From the NCBI RefSeq assembly GCF_006345805.1, contig NC_043002.1, forward strand, positions 22,630,001 to 22,694,000: a DNA stretch of 64,000 nt. Direction: 5' to 3'. This stretch comes from Octopus sinensis. Its lineage: Eukaryota. Both the position numbers and the translations under genes were made by a program. Under the pieces are notes generated by a model. That model saw only the letters and a program-made list of their open reading frames with translations, had not been told where the DNA came from and did no database searches. Every line of letters starts with the position of its first letter. The stretch's first letter is position 1. Below are positions 39,921-51,035 of this stretch, piece by piece.

Positions 39921-40802
39921 TATATAGTCTCAGTTAGTCACGCTTGGTAATTAAGTAGTGGGCAGAGAAGATGGATGGATGGATGGATGGATGGATAGAT
40001 GGATGGATGGATGGATGGATGGATGGACGGACGGACGGACGGACGGCGGGACAGACGGACGGACGGCGGGACAGACGGACGGACGGCGGGACAGACGGAC
40101 GGACATTTGGGCGAACTGACTGACTCTCTAGTCGATTCTTGCAGAATAAAGAATTAAAAATTATCTTGCATATTTATTTGCATCTTAGTGAGAAAGAATT
40201 GCTAAACAGATTGAACCGAAGATTTAGTTGGTATTTATTTCATTGATCCCCGGCGCTACTTTTCGTTTCCGTATGTGTTCTTGCTCCATCTGGAGTAAGT
40301 GGAGCAAGAACGGCCCGAGGCTATAGTAGAAGACACTTGCCTAAGATGTCACGCAGTGGGAATGAACCCGCAACCATGTGGTTGGTAAACAAGCTAATTA
40401 CCACCCTGCCACAAAAAAAGAAAAAAAAAACTTCTTATAAACTGTTTCTTATAAAAAAGATAAATCGTTCCTATATATGACTACTTTTGAATCACCCTGT
40501 ATATGTACTTATTTCTTTATTACCCACAAGGGGCCAAACACAGAGGGGACAAACAAGGATAGACATAGGTATTAAGTCGATTACATCGACCCCAGTGCGT
40601 AACTGGTACTTAATTTATCGACCCCGAAAGGATGAAAGGCAAAGTCGACCTCGGCGGAATTTGAACTCACAACGTAACGTTGACGAAATACCGCTAAGCA
40701 TTTCGCCCGGCGTGTTAACGTTTCTGACAGCTCGCCGCCTTATATTTACTACAGGGTATATACTACCCTGTATATATACTACACACACACACACTCAGAG
40801 AG

Positions 40803-41089
40803 TCGGCGACCAGGGTTGTCGGGTATGGGAATAAGAATACAAGAGTTATGGAATTAAGTAGATAAGATCAGTGCTATATATGTTTCATAGCGAGCGGCAA
40901 TGTAAACTTTCATTTCATCCAGATATCCTCGGCCTGAAGAGTAGCCTTCAATATACATCTCGCCAGGATATTTATCACCTCTGAGGTTCCGCTCGCTATG
41001 AAACATCTGTATCCCGGATCTTATCTACTCCATTCCGCAACTCTTGTATTCTCTTATTCGCACATCCGGTGACCTCGGTCGCCTACCGA
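40803..41089. repeat. Foldback palindrome (~95-bp arms) with a hammerhead-like core
   Basis: 40803-40897 inverted against 40989-41089; CTGAAGA at 40934-40940 and GAAACATCTGTA at 41000-41011. Confidence 0.7.
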
Positions 41090-41291
41090 GAAATATAAAA
41101 AAAAATTTTTTTCAGTTTATCGTACTTCGATAAGAATAAAAATCACAACGTCTCAAAAAAAACAAACAAAAAAACTATTGTCCCTGAAAGGTTTTTTTTT
41201 CCATGTATATTTACTACGGATTGCTTGAAGATAAGTTTCTTCCTACACCTCAATCCCTGGATCTTACATTTATATATATTTTATATATATA

Positions 41292-41824
<533 letters not shown>

Positions 41825-41846
41825 TATATAATATATATATATATAT

Positions 41847-41921
<75 letters not shown>

Positions 41922-42182
41922 TAGTCTACTCAATTGAATATTTGATTGTGAAAGAAATTTTTGAGAAGAGATATCTACAAGCAGATGCCTCATTAAACTT
42001 TTGTTGTTTTCCGTCCTTCTCCGAATTTAGAAGATCCTGGAATGTTCTGGCCATATTTGTAAAATAAATGAATCAATAAAGAAGAAACAGAGAAGGAATA
42101 TTGTTGTCCTTCGAAAGAATCATGTTATTTCGTTAATAAATTGGAACAGTACTAGCTCAGCGACTTCTTTCCTACATAGAAA

Positions 42183-42340
42183 CCAATCACGTGGCTTTCC
42201 AATCACGGGGAATTTCATAGCCACGTGACCAATGTGGTGTCAAATTTGCAATAGACGTCTCAGTGCGTTCCATGGTGTCGCTTTTCGTTTTAAAAAGAAA
42301 AACAGAATAGTCCGTTACTGCGCTGACTAGGCTGGTAAGT
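42183..42340 (+). promoter_or_regulatory. Candidate Pol II promoter and non-coding first exon
   Basis: CCAAT at 42183, 42199, 42229; CACGTG at 42188 and 42222; CpG-containing unique sequence ending in a consensus donor CTG|gtaagt at 42335. Confidence 0.5.
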
Positions 42341-43599
42341 TGATATTTAACTTGAACTGTACTTTCTTATCCTACTGTGTGGTCCGCAAGAGGACGAATT
42401 ATTTGATCCATTATGGCTTATCTATAATTGATGCATATTTCTAGGGAATTATGGATCGATTTCTGAGAAAAAAAATCTGTTCAGTAACTAGTTCAACATG
42501 TAGATTTTTAAGTGTACGCTAGCAGAGTGAGAGAGAGGGAGAGGGAGGGAGAGAGAGGAGGAGGGAGATTGAGATGTTAATACGTAAACATTCATAAAGG
42601 TCTTATGTTTGTTATAGAAATCAATATGTACTGTATGAAACCAATAATGGTGTCTGCAGCTGTAAAGTTTTGTAGTTCTATATTAAATGACACACATTAT
42701 TTAGTACTAGCTCCAATGCAACTTTGCAATGGGAGTTCAAATTTCGCTGCAGTCGTCATCATATTTTGCTCGCCCTTAGATTGTTTTACTCATTTTTACA
42801 AATCAAACACGGACTGTACCGATATTTATCTCTGTTTTCCGCTGAGTAGCTTGAAATGGATGAACGGTAAATTCTTCGGCGCCGGTCGAGAACAGTTTGT
42901 TTTCTTTGCAGGAGAAATAGATCTCAGCACCACAAAACAAATAAACACTCGTTACTCCATCTTACTACAATTCTTAGATATAAATAAATATCATCTTGTG
43001 ATGTCAAGTTGGAGGACTTACCTGCAGATCCACGTTAGTTTTGCCACATGGTATATATAGTTGACCTAACAGCTGACTATATTTGACCTTATCGACTGAG
43101 CCTATCAACAATGATTCTGTTGGTCATACTGAGGTTAATTATACAAAGACATGCTTCATTTATCCATACTTAATGAAATATGTACACGTAAATCAACATT
43201 GACTTAACATCAGCAAAACATTGTTATATGTGATAGGTGAAATTCGAAGCAAAACTAACTGCCTACGGACTATATCCCATCTGGCGTGCCTGTCACATCA
43301 AACCATCGCAACGTGTGTTGTGCTGGCAGCACAATTTTTCCCGTCCAACCCAATTTCTCAATTCTGGTATTTTCCAATGTTCAGTTTGGTTCTTTACACT
43401 TTTTCGCCAACGAATTATCTGCCACTACCTCCCACAATACCCAATTCTTTGCGGATAGCACTACCCTTTGTTCCTCTTACAATAAATTGCCCTGATTTAC
43501 GAATAGAAACCTCCGAAACACACTCCGATGTGTCATGACAGTTTTTCCTTCAAAGACACGATCAATACACATATCAAGAAAATATCTCAACAGACCCAC

Positions 43600-45800
43600 C
43601 TCTAAATATGAACAACATACCATAAGAACCCTTAAGACTACTGCATATGCCCGGTGTTACCGTCAGTGAGGATCTTACATTGCAATCTCACATCTTTAAC
43701 TCACGTCATAGCAAAGTGCTCGGCCACCACCCATGTCAGTCCATTTACTGGGCACTACATTCACCAGGGTTTTGTAGACCTTAGCCCCGATTCTGCAGTA
43801 TCTATAGTACTTGCTGTTCTTCGATTCCGCCCTGGTCTGACCTTAATACCAGCATGAAAAACCTTTATTAGGTCACAGGCCTCTTGGTAGAGTAGCACCT
43901 CTCCAGGACAGGTCACCATGAACACTCGCTTCAGTCTGCTGATGAGGTGACCCATCACAACTCCCAACTGTGGTGCAAAACTTGTTCCTGTCCTTACCTT
44001 TCTTCAATGCATGAGAAACTTAGACTTTACTGACTTGAAGTTCAATCAGCTTTATAAGGGCTTTCCTGTCCCCTACGATATTGTTGTCCCAACCAAGTCA
44101 ACTATAAAAATCCTGATTGAAGGGTACAGGACATCAGACTTGGTAAGAGGCTGTGCTATTCCTCAGACGACTTTAAATGCATGTTGATAGTAAGCTCAAA
44201 AAGATATCATTAACATGTTACCCGTCTCGAACTATTGTTGCCCTGTTATTTCAGATTCAGCAAAGACTCACTGGCTGAAGCTGTTTTAGTAGTCCAGGAA
44301 CATGGTGCTTGTTCAATGCCTCTTCTATTGGCTTGTGGGGTATGGATCCACAGACATTGGCAATACCCAGCCAGTCAGACACCCAGAAACAATACTTTAG
44401 AATATCTTACTTTAATACTGAGTAACGAGAGGACTCTAAACTGACTGATGTTCTTCGATCTTTTTTGTTTGGATCTTTTTTTTCAACCTTTCACTGACAA
44501 ACCACCTTACCTTTCTTCTATATCATCTCGAAATTCTTTAAAGCCTGCATAGTACCCTTAGGCAATTCTTGTATACTTTCTAAGGTTATCTATTCGGTTC
44601 TGAAGATGAACTTGTACTTGCCTTCTTGACAAATTCGTAGACCTCTTTCCAAATGAGCTGCTTTCCATCAAATTCTAGAGTCGGTATTGGAAGATTGATC
44701 AAAGATGTGCTGTGGCCGATGTCATAGTCCCTAGATGCACTTTCGAAGGTGTCTCTGAAGTGTGTGTATATCACCATTGGAATGGTGCATTTCGGCTCAG
44801 CAGCTGTTTCATAGATTTATAAGGGTTTGTTAAAATGCAGCTTGTACTCTGACACTCTTCTGTCGCCGTCTCTGACACCACTCAGCCCTTCCTCTAAGTC
44901 ATAAGTTTTTTTGCGGATGATACTTCGCAGCCCTGGGAGAAGTCCCTTCTCTTCATATTTTACCCCCTTGAACTACCGCCTAAAGCTCTTAAGCTTTACG
45001 CCTAAAGCTCTTAAGCTTTACACTGAGGAGGTGGGTCTTATTAGTTCTGTTGCTCATAATGTTTCGGTAATTTTTCCTCCACCAGTCCCTACCCTTTCAA
45101 CTGTTCGGCTGATGATGGTAGTCATTATCTGGAACCGACAATCAACATTTCCCTTAGTCCTTACTTCCAGGTTGAGTCAAGATTCTTTTTTTTTTATCAA
45201 ATTTGACTTACTCCTTCTCCATGTTAGCTTGGGACCACTTTACTCAATTATGTTTTGTTACTTTGTGTTAGGCTGAGGTTAGCAACACCAAAAGGTTTCG
45301 AGAACTATGGCCTGATTCCGGAACTTGTTCCTCTTACGTCACAACAGAGAAGGTTCCTATACGCTGTGACTCTTGCACCGTCTGCACACACTTCATCTTG
45401 GCCTGGTGGATCTTCAGGCAATGAGGATTCTGACGTATCTTTTTGCAGCACATTTCAAATTCACCATTAATTCTTGGTTGTTCTACGATCCCATCTTCCT
45501 ACCTCTCAAGAATCCTTGGGGTTATCTTTCCTTATGTTGATCGGTAGCTTATTGTAGGTTCTTCTTCATATAAGATACAGGCGAGTCTGCTAACCTTCAC
45601 TGTCCGTTGTTTCGCCATCTATCGCCACACCGTTCTTGGTAATAAGATCAACCTGGTTCTTGTAGTCACTGATTAGTCCATTCAGGTTTTCTCACACATC
45701 AATGTCTGATGCGCTTAGACATTTCATCAGTGATGTTACCTGTTGTCATTGTACATTTTGGATACCTCAACAATCAGACAACCCGACTCAGAAGACATAT
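43600..45800 (-). mobile_element. Possible highly decayed Ty3/Gypsy gag-pol remnant
   Basis: Weak RT-like fragments (KDRNKFCTTVG; RLKRVFMVTCPGEVLLY) and a protease-like DIGHSTSLI; many stops. Confidence 0.3.
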
Positions 45801-46758
45801 CCGGAGTTAATGAAGACCCAGCTTCCGTCCAGAAAACCCTAACTCATCCAAGGCTCATGCATCCTTGATTTACAACCACGTTGGAACAATTCCAGTTGAC
45901 TCGGGACCAAACTTGATGGCATTCATCCGACTGGCTTTCTACCGACTGGTGCCTAACATTGCGCATGCATGCACACGCATACACACGCATACGCACGCAC
46001 ACACACACATTTACATACATATATCTGAAATATATATTTTATATGTTGTATGTTTGGCAAATCATTTTACCAATAAGAAACACGCACCGGCATTAATTTA
46101 CATATAATTATTAGTCAATAGTTAACTAATTGACCATTTACCTAATCGATTGTTGATTACTCGCTCGATCAAACGATCAATCAATCAACCGGCTAGTTTG
46201 TCAGTCTTCTCATTTCCGTTCGTGGCCTCAAGTGCTCATTTTTCCAGGTCCGTCTCGAAAAAGCGAGACTGACTTGATATATAAGTGTAGACAGAACTCG
46301 TCAGCTTAGGAAGGCAAATTATTATCTAGGAGGACAAACCCTTATTTCAAACCTCTGTTGCCTTATAGCTGCACCCGCCTGTGGGGAGGGATTTGGGATT
46401 AAACTCTGAGGGCAAATCTATTGTTGGATTGCTTTAGGCTGCCTGACGTCTTGAGTTTTATTCTGGCAATATCTACGACAACCCTTGTGCCAAGATGCTT
46501 TGGTCCTTGCCCTTCCCTGCAACATCAATGATGTGGAGAGGAATGACCTGTTACATATGGGCAACAAATGATCTTTTATACTAACTCTGTTCAGTCTTAG
46601 GTATTGTAAAGAAACCCAGTACTTACTGTAAAGTGGATGGTTTTGGGAAGGGCAACCTGCCGTGGAAACCATATCATAACAGATATTGGAGCTAGAGATT
46701 CGTCGGATTCTATCAAACCATCCAAGCCATGCCGGCATGGAAGACGGACAATAAATGA

Positions 46759-46812
<54 letters not shown>

Positions 46813-47120
46813 TGTGTGTGTGTGTAGTATATACATTGTAGAGTATGTTTAAATATACTTTACAGGAGAAAAGACTATCCTATCTGATGTAGAACTCAAT
46901 ACATTCAGTAGAGTAGATAGATATATTTATTATATTAAACGCCGAGAGTCTACCCTGAGTCTTGTCCATTATCTCTTTATCTTCTCCACAGTCGTAAACA
47001 ATCCAGGACGAAACTCTGAGTAGACTGTAAAAGTTTGACATAACACACACATACAAACGCGCAAGCATCCGCGCGCGAACACACACACACACGCACACAT
47101 GCGCACTTAAACCCCCCCAC

Positions 47121-47153
<33 letters not shown>

Positions 47154-47244
47154 AATACACACACACAAAGCATATATACATACACCCACACACAATGTAC
47201 ACATACTGAATCTTTTGTCAATGTAGAACTGTGAAAGACAAATA

Positions 47245-48116
47245 CAGCAATCACTCGCCATATCGCGGCCCACCTATCGCGCCCTCAGTGCATCGCGGAT
47301 TTTTCTGGTTAATATAATTCTTTTAATTGTTTCAGTCATTTCACTGCGGCCATGCTGGAGCACCGCATTGAGTCGAGCAAAGCGACCCCAGGACTTATTC
47401 TTTGTAAGCCTAGTACTTATTCTATCAGCTTCTTTTGCCGAACCGCTAAGTTACGGGGACGTAAACACACCAGCATCGGTTGTCAAGCGATGTTGGGGCG
47501 AGGACAAATACACACACACACGCATATATATATATATATATATACATACGACGGGCTTCTTTCAGTTTCCGTCTACCAAATCCACTCACAAGGCTTTAGT
47601 CGGCCCGAGGCTATAGTAGAAGACACTTGCCCAAGGTGCCACGCAGCGGGACTGAACCCGGAACCATGTGGCTGGAAAGCAAGCTACTTACCACACAGCC
47701 ACTCCTATGTAAATTCATATAGCGGACTCCTCAGTATATCGCGGGTTTCTACGGCCGATAGATATTCGTTTCTTTTTAGATTTTGATTATTTCTGTGATA
47801 AGATAAACATTTTCACGCCTAAAAGTAATTAAATTAATACATACAAATAGAGTACAGTACTGCACTGTATAACACATTAATTAAATATATATTAAAAGAG
47901 AATACGTGGTGTACCGTAGATGAGTAAACAAGGAATCAGACATACTGTATGGCAAATAGAACTCAGGAGGCGAATGTGAGGTGTTGTTTTGCATTTATAA
48001 TAAAATAAATATATACAAATTATAGACATAAATTAAAAAATATACAGTACACTACTGTTTCTACTTCGCGGATTTTCACCTATCGCGGATGTTCTGCAAT
48101 AGTCGAGGGATTACTG
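47245..48116. mobile_element. pogo/Tigger-like non-autonomous element containing a family A SINE
   Basis: TA-CAGCAATCACTCGCCATATCGCG ... GCAATAGTCGAGGGATTACTG-TA; subterminal CACCTATCGCG repeats. Confidence 0.65.
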
Positions 48117-49342
48117 TAAAAAGTAATAACATTTGATAAACCCGCGAATTCGAATAAGAGATTTCATGGTATTGGTTCCGATCGAGTTTCAAAGATGCTC
48201 CCTTGTAACTCTTGCCATTATAATTGCAATGTACTATAATGATATTAGCTAAAATAAAATATAATTGACCAAAATTAAACATGTCCGCTTTTCGTAATAT
48301 TTTTCAGATGCAGCAATTTTTTCATTTCAATCAACCGCGGCAGCTGACCAAGAAACGGCTGGAATAGGCGCTGAGACTAGTGTTATTTTAATTATCAGCT
48401 GTTTCGGTAACAGCATGAACAAACGGTAGTAGCCACCTAAGTTCAGTTAAAATGGTACCATAAACTATAAAACAACAGCAGAACAGCAAAGCAACATAAC
48501 AATAGAAGAGAGACGAGGACGGCGAGAGAACAAAACAGCAAGAAAGACCAAATTTGCAACGGCTGTTGAAACTGGAAAATGTGAAATATTCAGTGACAAA
48601 ATTAGCAACAAGTTACAATGTTAACGGAAACAGCCATAGAAAAAAAAAAGCGGTGTAAAGAAATAAACAGATACGTTAATTGCGGTAGCAGTTGTAGCTA
48701 CAAGAAGATGCAAGAAGGTGCATAATAACTACATCAACAATAAACAAAGAATATCATTAGCAACGGCAGAAATACGTCAGCAGTAGCTATAGTAACACAT
48801 CATTAATAATACCAGCAGCAGCAGCTGCAGCAACTAGAGTTAACACAGCAACTTGTGATAACAACAATAACAACGGAAACATGAATAGCTAAAAAAATAT
48901 TAAAAAATCAACGGAGCATGTTCGCAACAACTATAGCAACATCGATAACATAGTAACGGTAGCAACAAAGATAACATCACAACGGCAGCAACATCAACAC
49001 CAAAACAAAATAATTAGCGATATCATTTTAACAGCAGTACCAAAAGCAACAGTAAAAGTTACAATGGTAACGTTAGATATATAGCATTATCAACATTGTG
49101 GGCAACGACATTTGCAGCAACAATAGCAACATTATCTTGACAATAGCATTATCAAAAGCTAAGTTAGAACAAACAAAATCTCATCGACTACAGTAGCAAA
49201 AACTGCACCATTAGTGACATATTTAAACAGTAACGTTATCAACAGCCATATTATCTACTGACAGAAATTCAGCCAGTGTGGTATTAACAACAACAATAGC
49301 AACACATATAGCACATCCAGTAGAGAAAAAATAACAGCAACA

Positions 49343-49564
49343 ATGGTTCGGCAGTCTAACACGCCGAACGAATCATGCTGTGTCCCCGACAGCAGTCTTA
49401 AAACCCATTTTGCTGAAGTTCCTGATCCAGAATGCGAATGGTATGGCAGAGCCAATTTGATGGAAGTAAATTATGATGACACCAACATAGACCCGCTGAC
49501 ACTAGAGTGTGTTTTGCGTGACATGGGTGAATACGAGACCCTAGATATGTACATAGCCGAAGCT
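49343..49564 (+). CDS. Unknown plus-strand gene, coding exon A (MVRQSNTPNESCC...LDMYIAEA)
   Basis: 74 open codons of non-repetitive, protein-like sequence ending at GCT|gtgagt (phase 0); upstream in-frame TGA at 49259; possible acceptor cacatccag| at 49320. Confidence 0.65.
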
Positions 49565-49815
49565 GTGAGTTTTCTCATTACGTAATATGTTATTTCTGTT
49601 TAGGTTTTGTATTTTTTAACAATTAGAGTGAGGTGTGATTTAAAGCAGATTTGGTTGCTGTTTCTAGCACATTGATTAACTACACTAACATGTGATAGTA
49701 ATGTTCTTAGTCCTAGATCAACCTTGATAAAGCAGTTATATTACATTACATAAACGTGTTTTAAAACTCATGGGATGGGGAATCTGGTTCCCTTGCCGTG
49801 TACATGACTAAGAGT

Positions 49816-50194
49816 GGAGGCACAATGGCCCAGTGGTTAGGGCAGCGGACTCGCGGTCGTAGGATCGCGGTTTCGATTCCCAGACCGGGCGTTGTGAGTG
49901 TTTATTGAGCGAAAACACCTAAAGCTCCACGAGGCTTCGGCAGGGATGGTGGTGATCCCTGCTGTACTCTTTCACCACAACTTTCTCTCACTTTTACTTC
50001 CTGTTTCTGTTGTACCTGTATTTCAAGGGGCCGGCCTTGTCACTCTCTGTGTCACGCTGAATATCCCCGAGAACTACGTTAAGGGTACACGTGTCTGTGG
50101 GGTGCTCAGCCACTTACACGTTAATTTCACGAGCAGGCTGTTCCGTTGATCGGATCAACCGGAACCCCCGTCGTCGTAACCGACGGAGTGCTTC
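49816..50194 (+). mobile_element. tRNA-derived SINE family D, tail type 1
   Basis: A-box TGGCCCAGTGG, B-box GTTTCGATTCC; near-identical inverted copy at 53926-54306; tail-only copy at ~14415-14600. Confidence 0.85.
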
Positions 50195-50577
50195 TAAAAA
50201 ACATGACTAAGATCTCGTCATTCCCCCCGAGGAAGATGCTAGTACGTCGTAGGGCTGTTCATTTACAGCCGAGTGGACTGGAGCGACGTGAAATGAAGTG
50301 TTTTCCTCAAGAACACAAAGCACCGCCTGGTCTTCGAATCGAAACCATAATATTGCGATCCTGAGTGTAAAATCCTAACCACAAGATCTATCATCGATGG
50401 AGTTTCAGTTAGTTATGATCCCATTATATTTTTTATTTTTTCCTTTTCCTTTTCCTTTTCTTTCCATGTGTAAGACTACATTGTCCAATGTGTCTATCTA
50501 TGACTCTATGACAGTGGTTCCCGGCCCTTTTATTTATATGAATTTTCCCATGGCCACCTCTTAATATGCTTATCCTA

Positions 50578-50609
<32 letters not shown>

Positions 50610-50622
50610 TATATATATTATA

Positions 50623-50765
50623 GTGGGATAGACCGGTTTATGGGGTTGCCCTGGGTTTATCTTCAGACACCAAACACTGCTGTTTGAGGTCTGAATATAC
50701 GCTGTAAAGCTAAACCCCTTATGAGCAAGAAACCCAGGGCAACCCCATAAACCGACCTACCCCAC
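50623..50765. mobile_element. 143-bp MITE with ~36-bp TIRs and TA target duplication
   Basis: TA-GTGGGATAGACCGGTTTATGGGGTTGCCCTGGGTTT ... AAACCCAGGGCAACCCCATAAACCGACCTACCCAC-TA. Confidence 0.8.
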
Positions 50766-50853
50766 TATAATATTAACTGCTCTACATCTTAGAGTGTGCA
50801 TTATTTACACTATTTACAATTGACGGATATTCGTTCTCATCTTGTTTGTTGTT

Positions 50854-50899
50854 AACACAACGTTTCGGCTGATATACCCTCCAGCCTTCATCAGGTGTT
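50854..50899 (-). ncRNA. Intact minimal type I hammerhead ribozyme in the inverted Penelope repeat
   Basis: AACAC-CUGAUGA-A-GGCUG(GAGGGUAUAU)CAGCC-GAA-ACGU-U/GUGUU: 5-bp stem I, 5-bp stem II, palindromic ACGU stem III; predicted cut between 50859 and 50858. Confidence 0.8.
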
Positions 50900-50968
50900 T
50901 TGGGGAAATTTCGAACCTGGGTTCTCATTCCTAAGGTATTTTTCGGTATTATTATTATTCAGGTCACT

Positions 50969-51035
50969 GCCTGGAATTGAACTCGGAATCTTGGGGTTAG
51001 TAGCCCGCGCTTCTTAACCATTACGCCATATGCCC
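50969..51035 (-). promoter_or_regulatory. tRNA-like Pol III internal promoter within the Penelope terminal repeat
   Basis: A-box TGGCGTAATGG (51018-51028), B-box GTTCAATTCC (50973-50982), anticodon-like loop CTACTAA. Confidence 0.7.

Noticed and set aside
43222-43540. Solo LTR (TG...CA ends, internal AATAAA)
   Set aside because: No target-site duplication, no second LTR and no clear PBS or PPT.
48400-49320. Gln/Asn/Thr-like coding region upstream of exon A
   Set aside because: Degenerate (AAC/AGC)n sequence with stops in all frames.
49816-49890. tRNA genes at SINE heads (also 50969-51035, 41292, 58326)
   Set aside because: A and B boxes are present, but acceptor and anticodon stems are broken and each continues into SINE or Penelope sequence.
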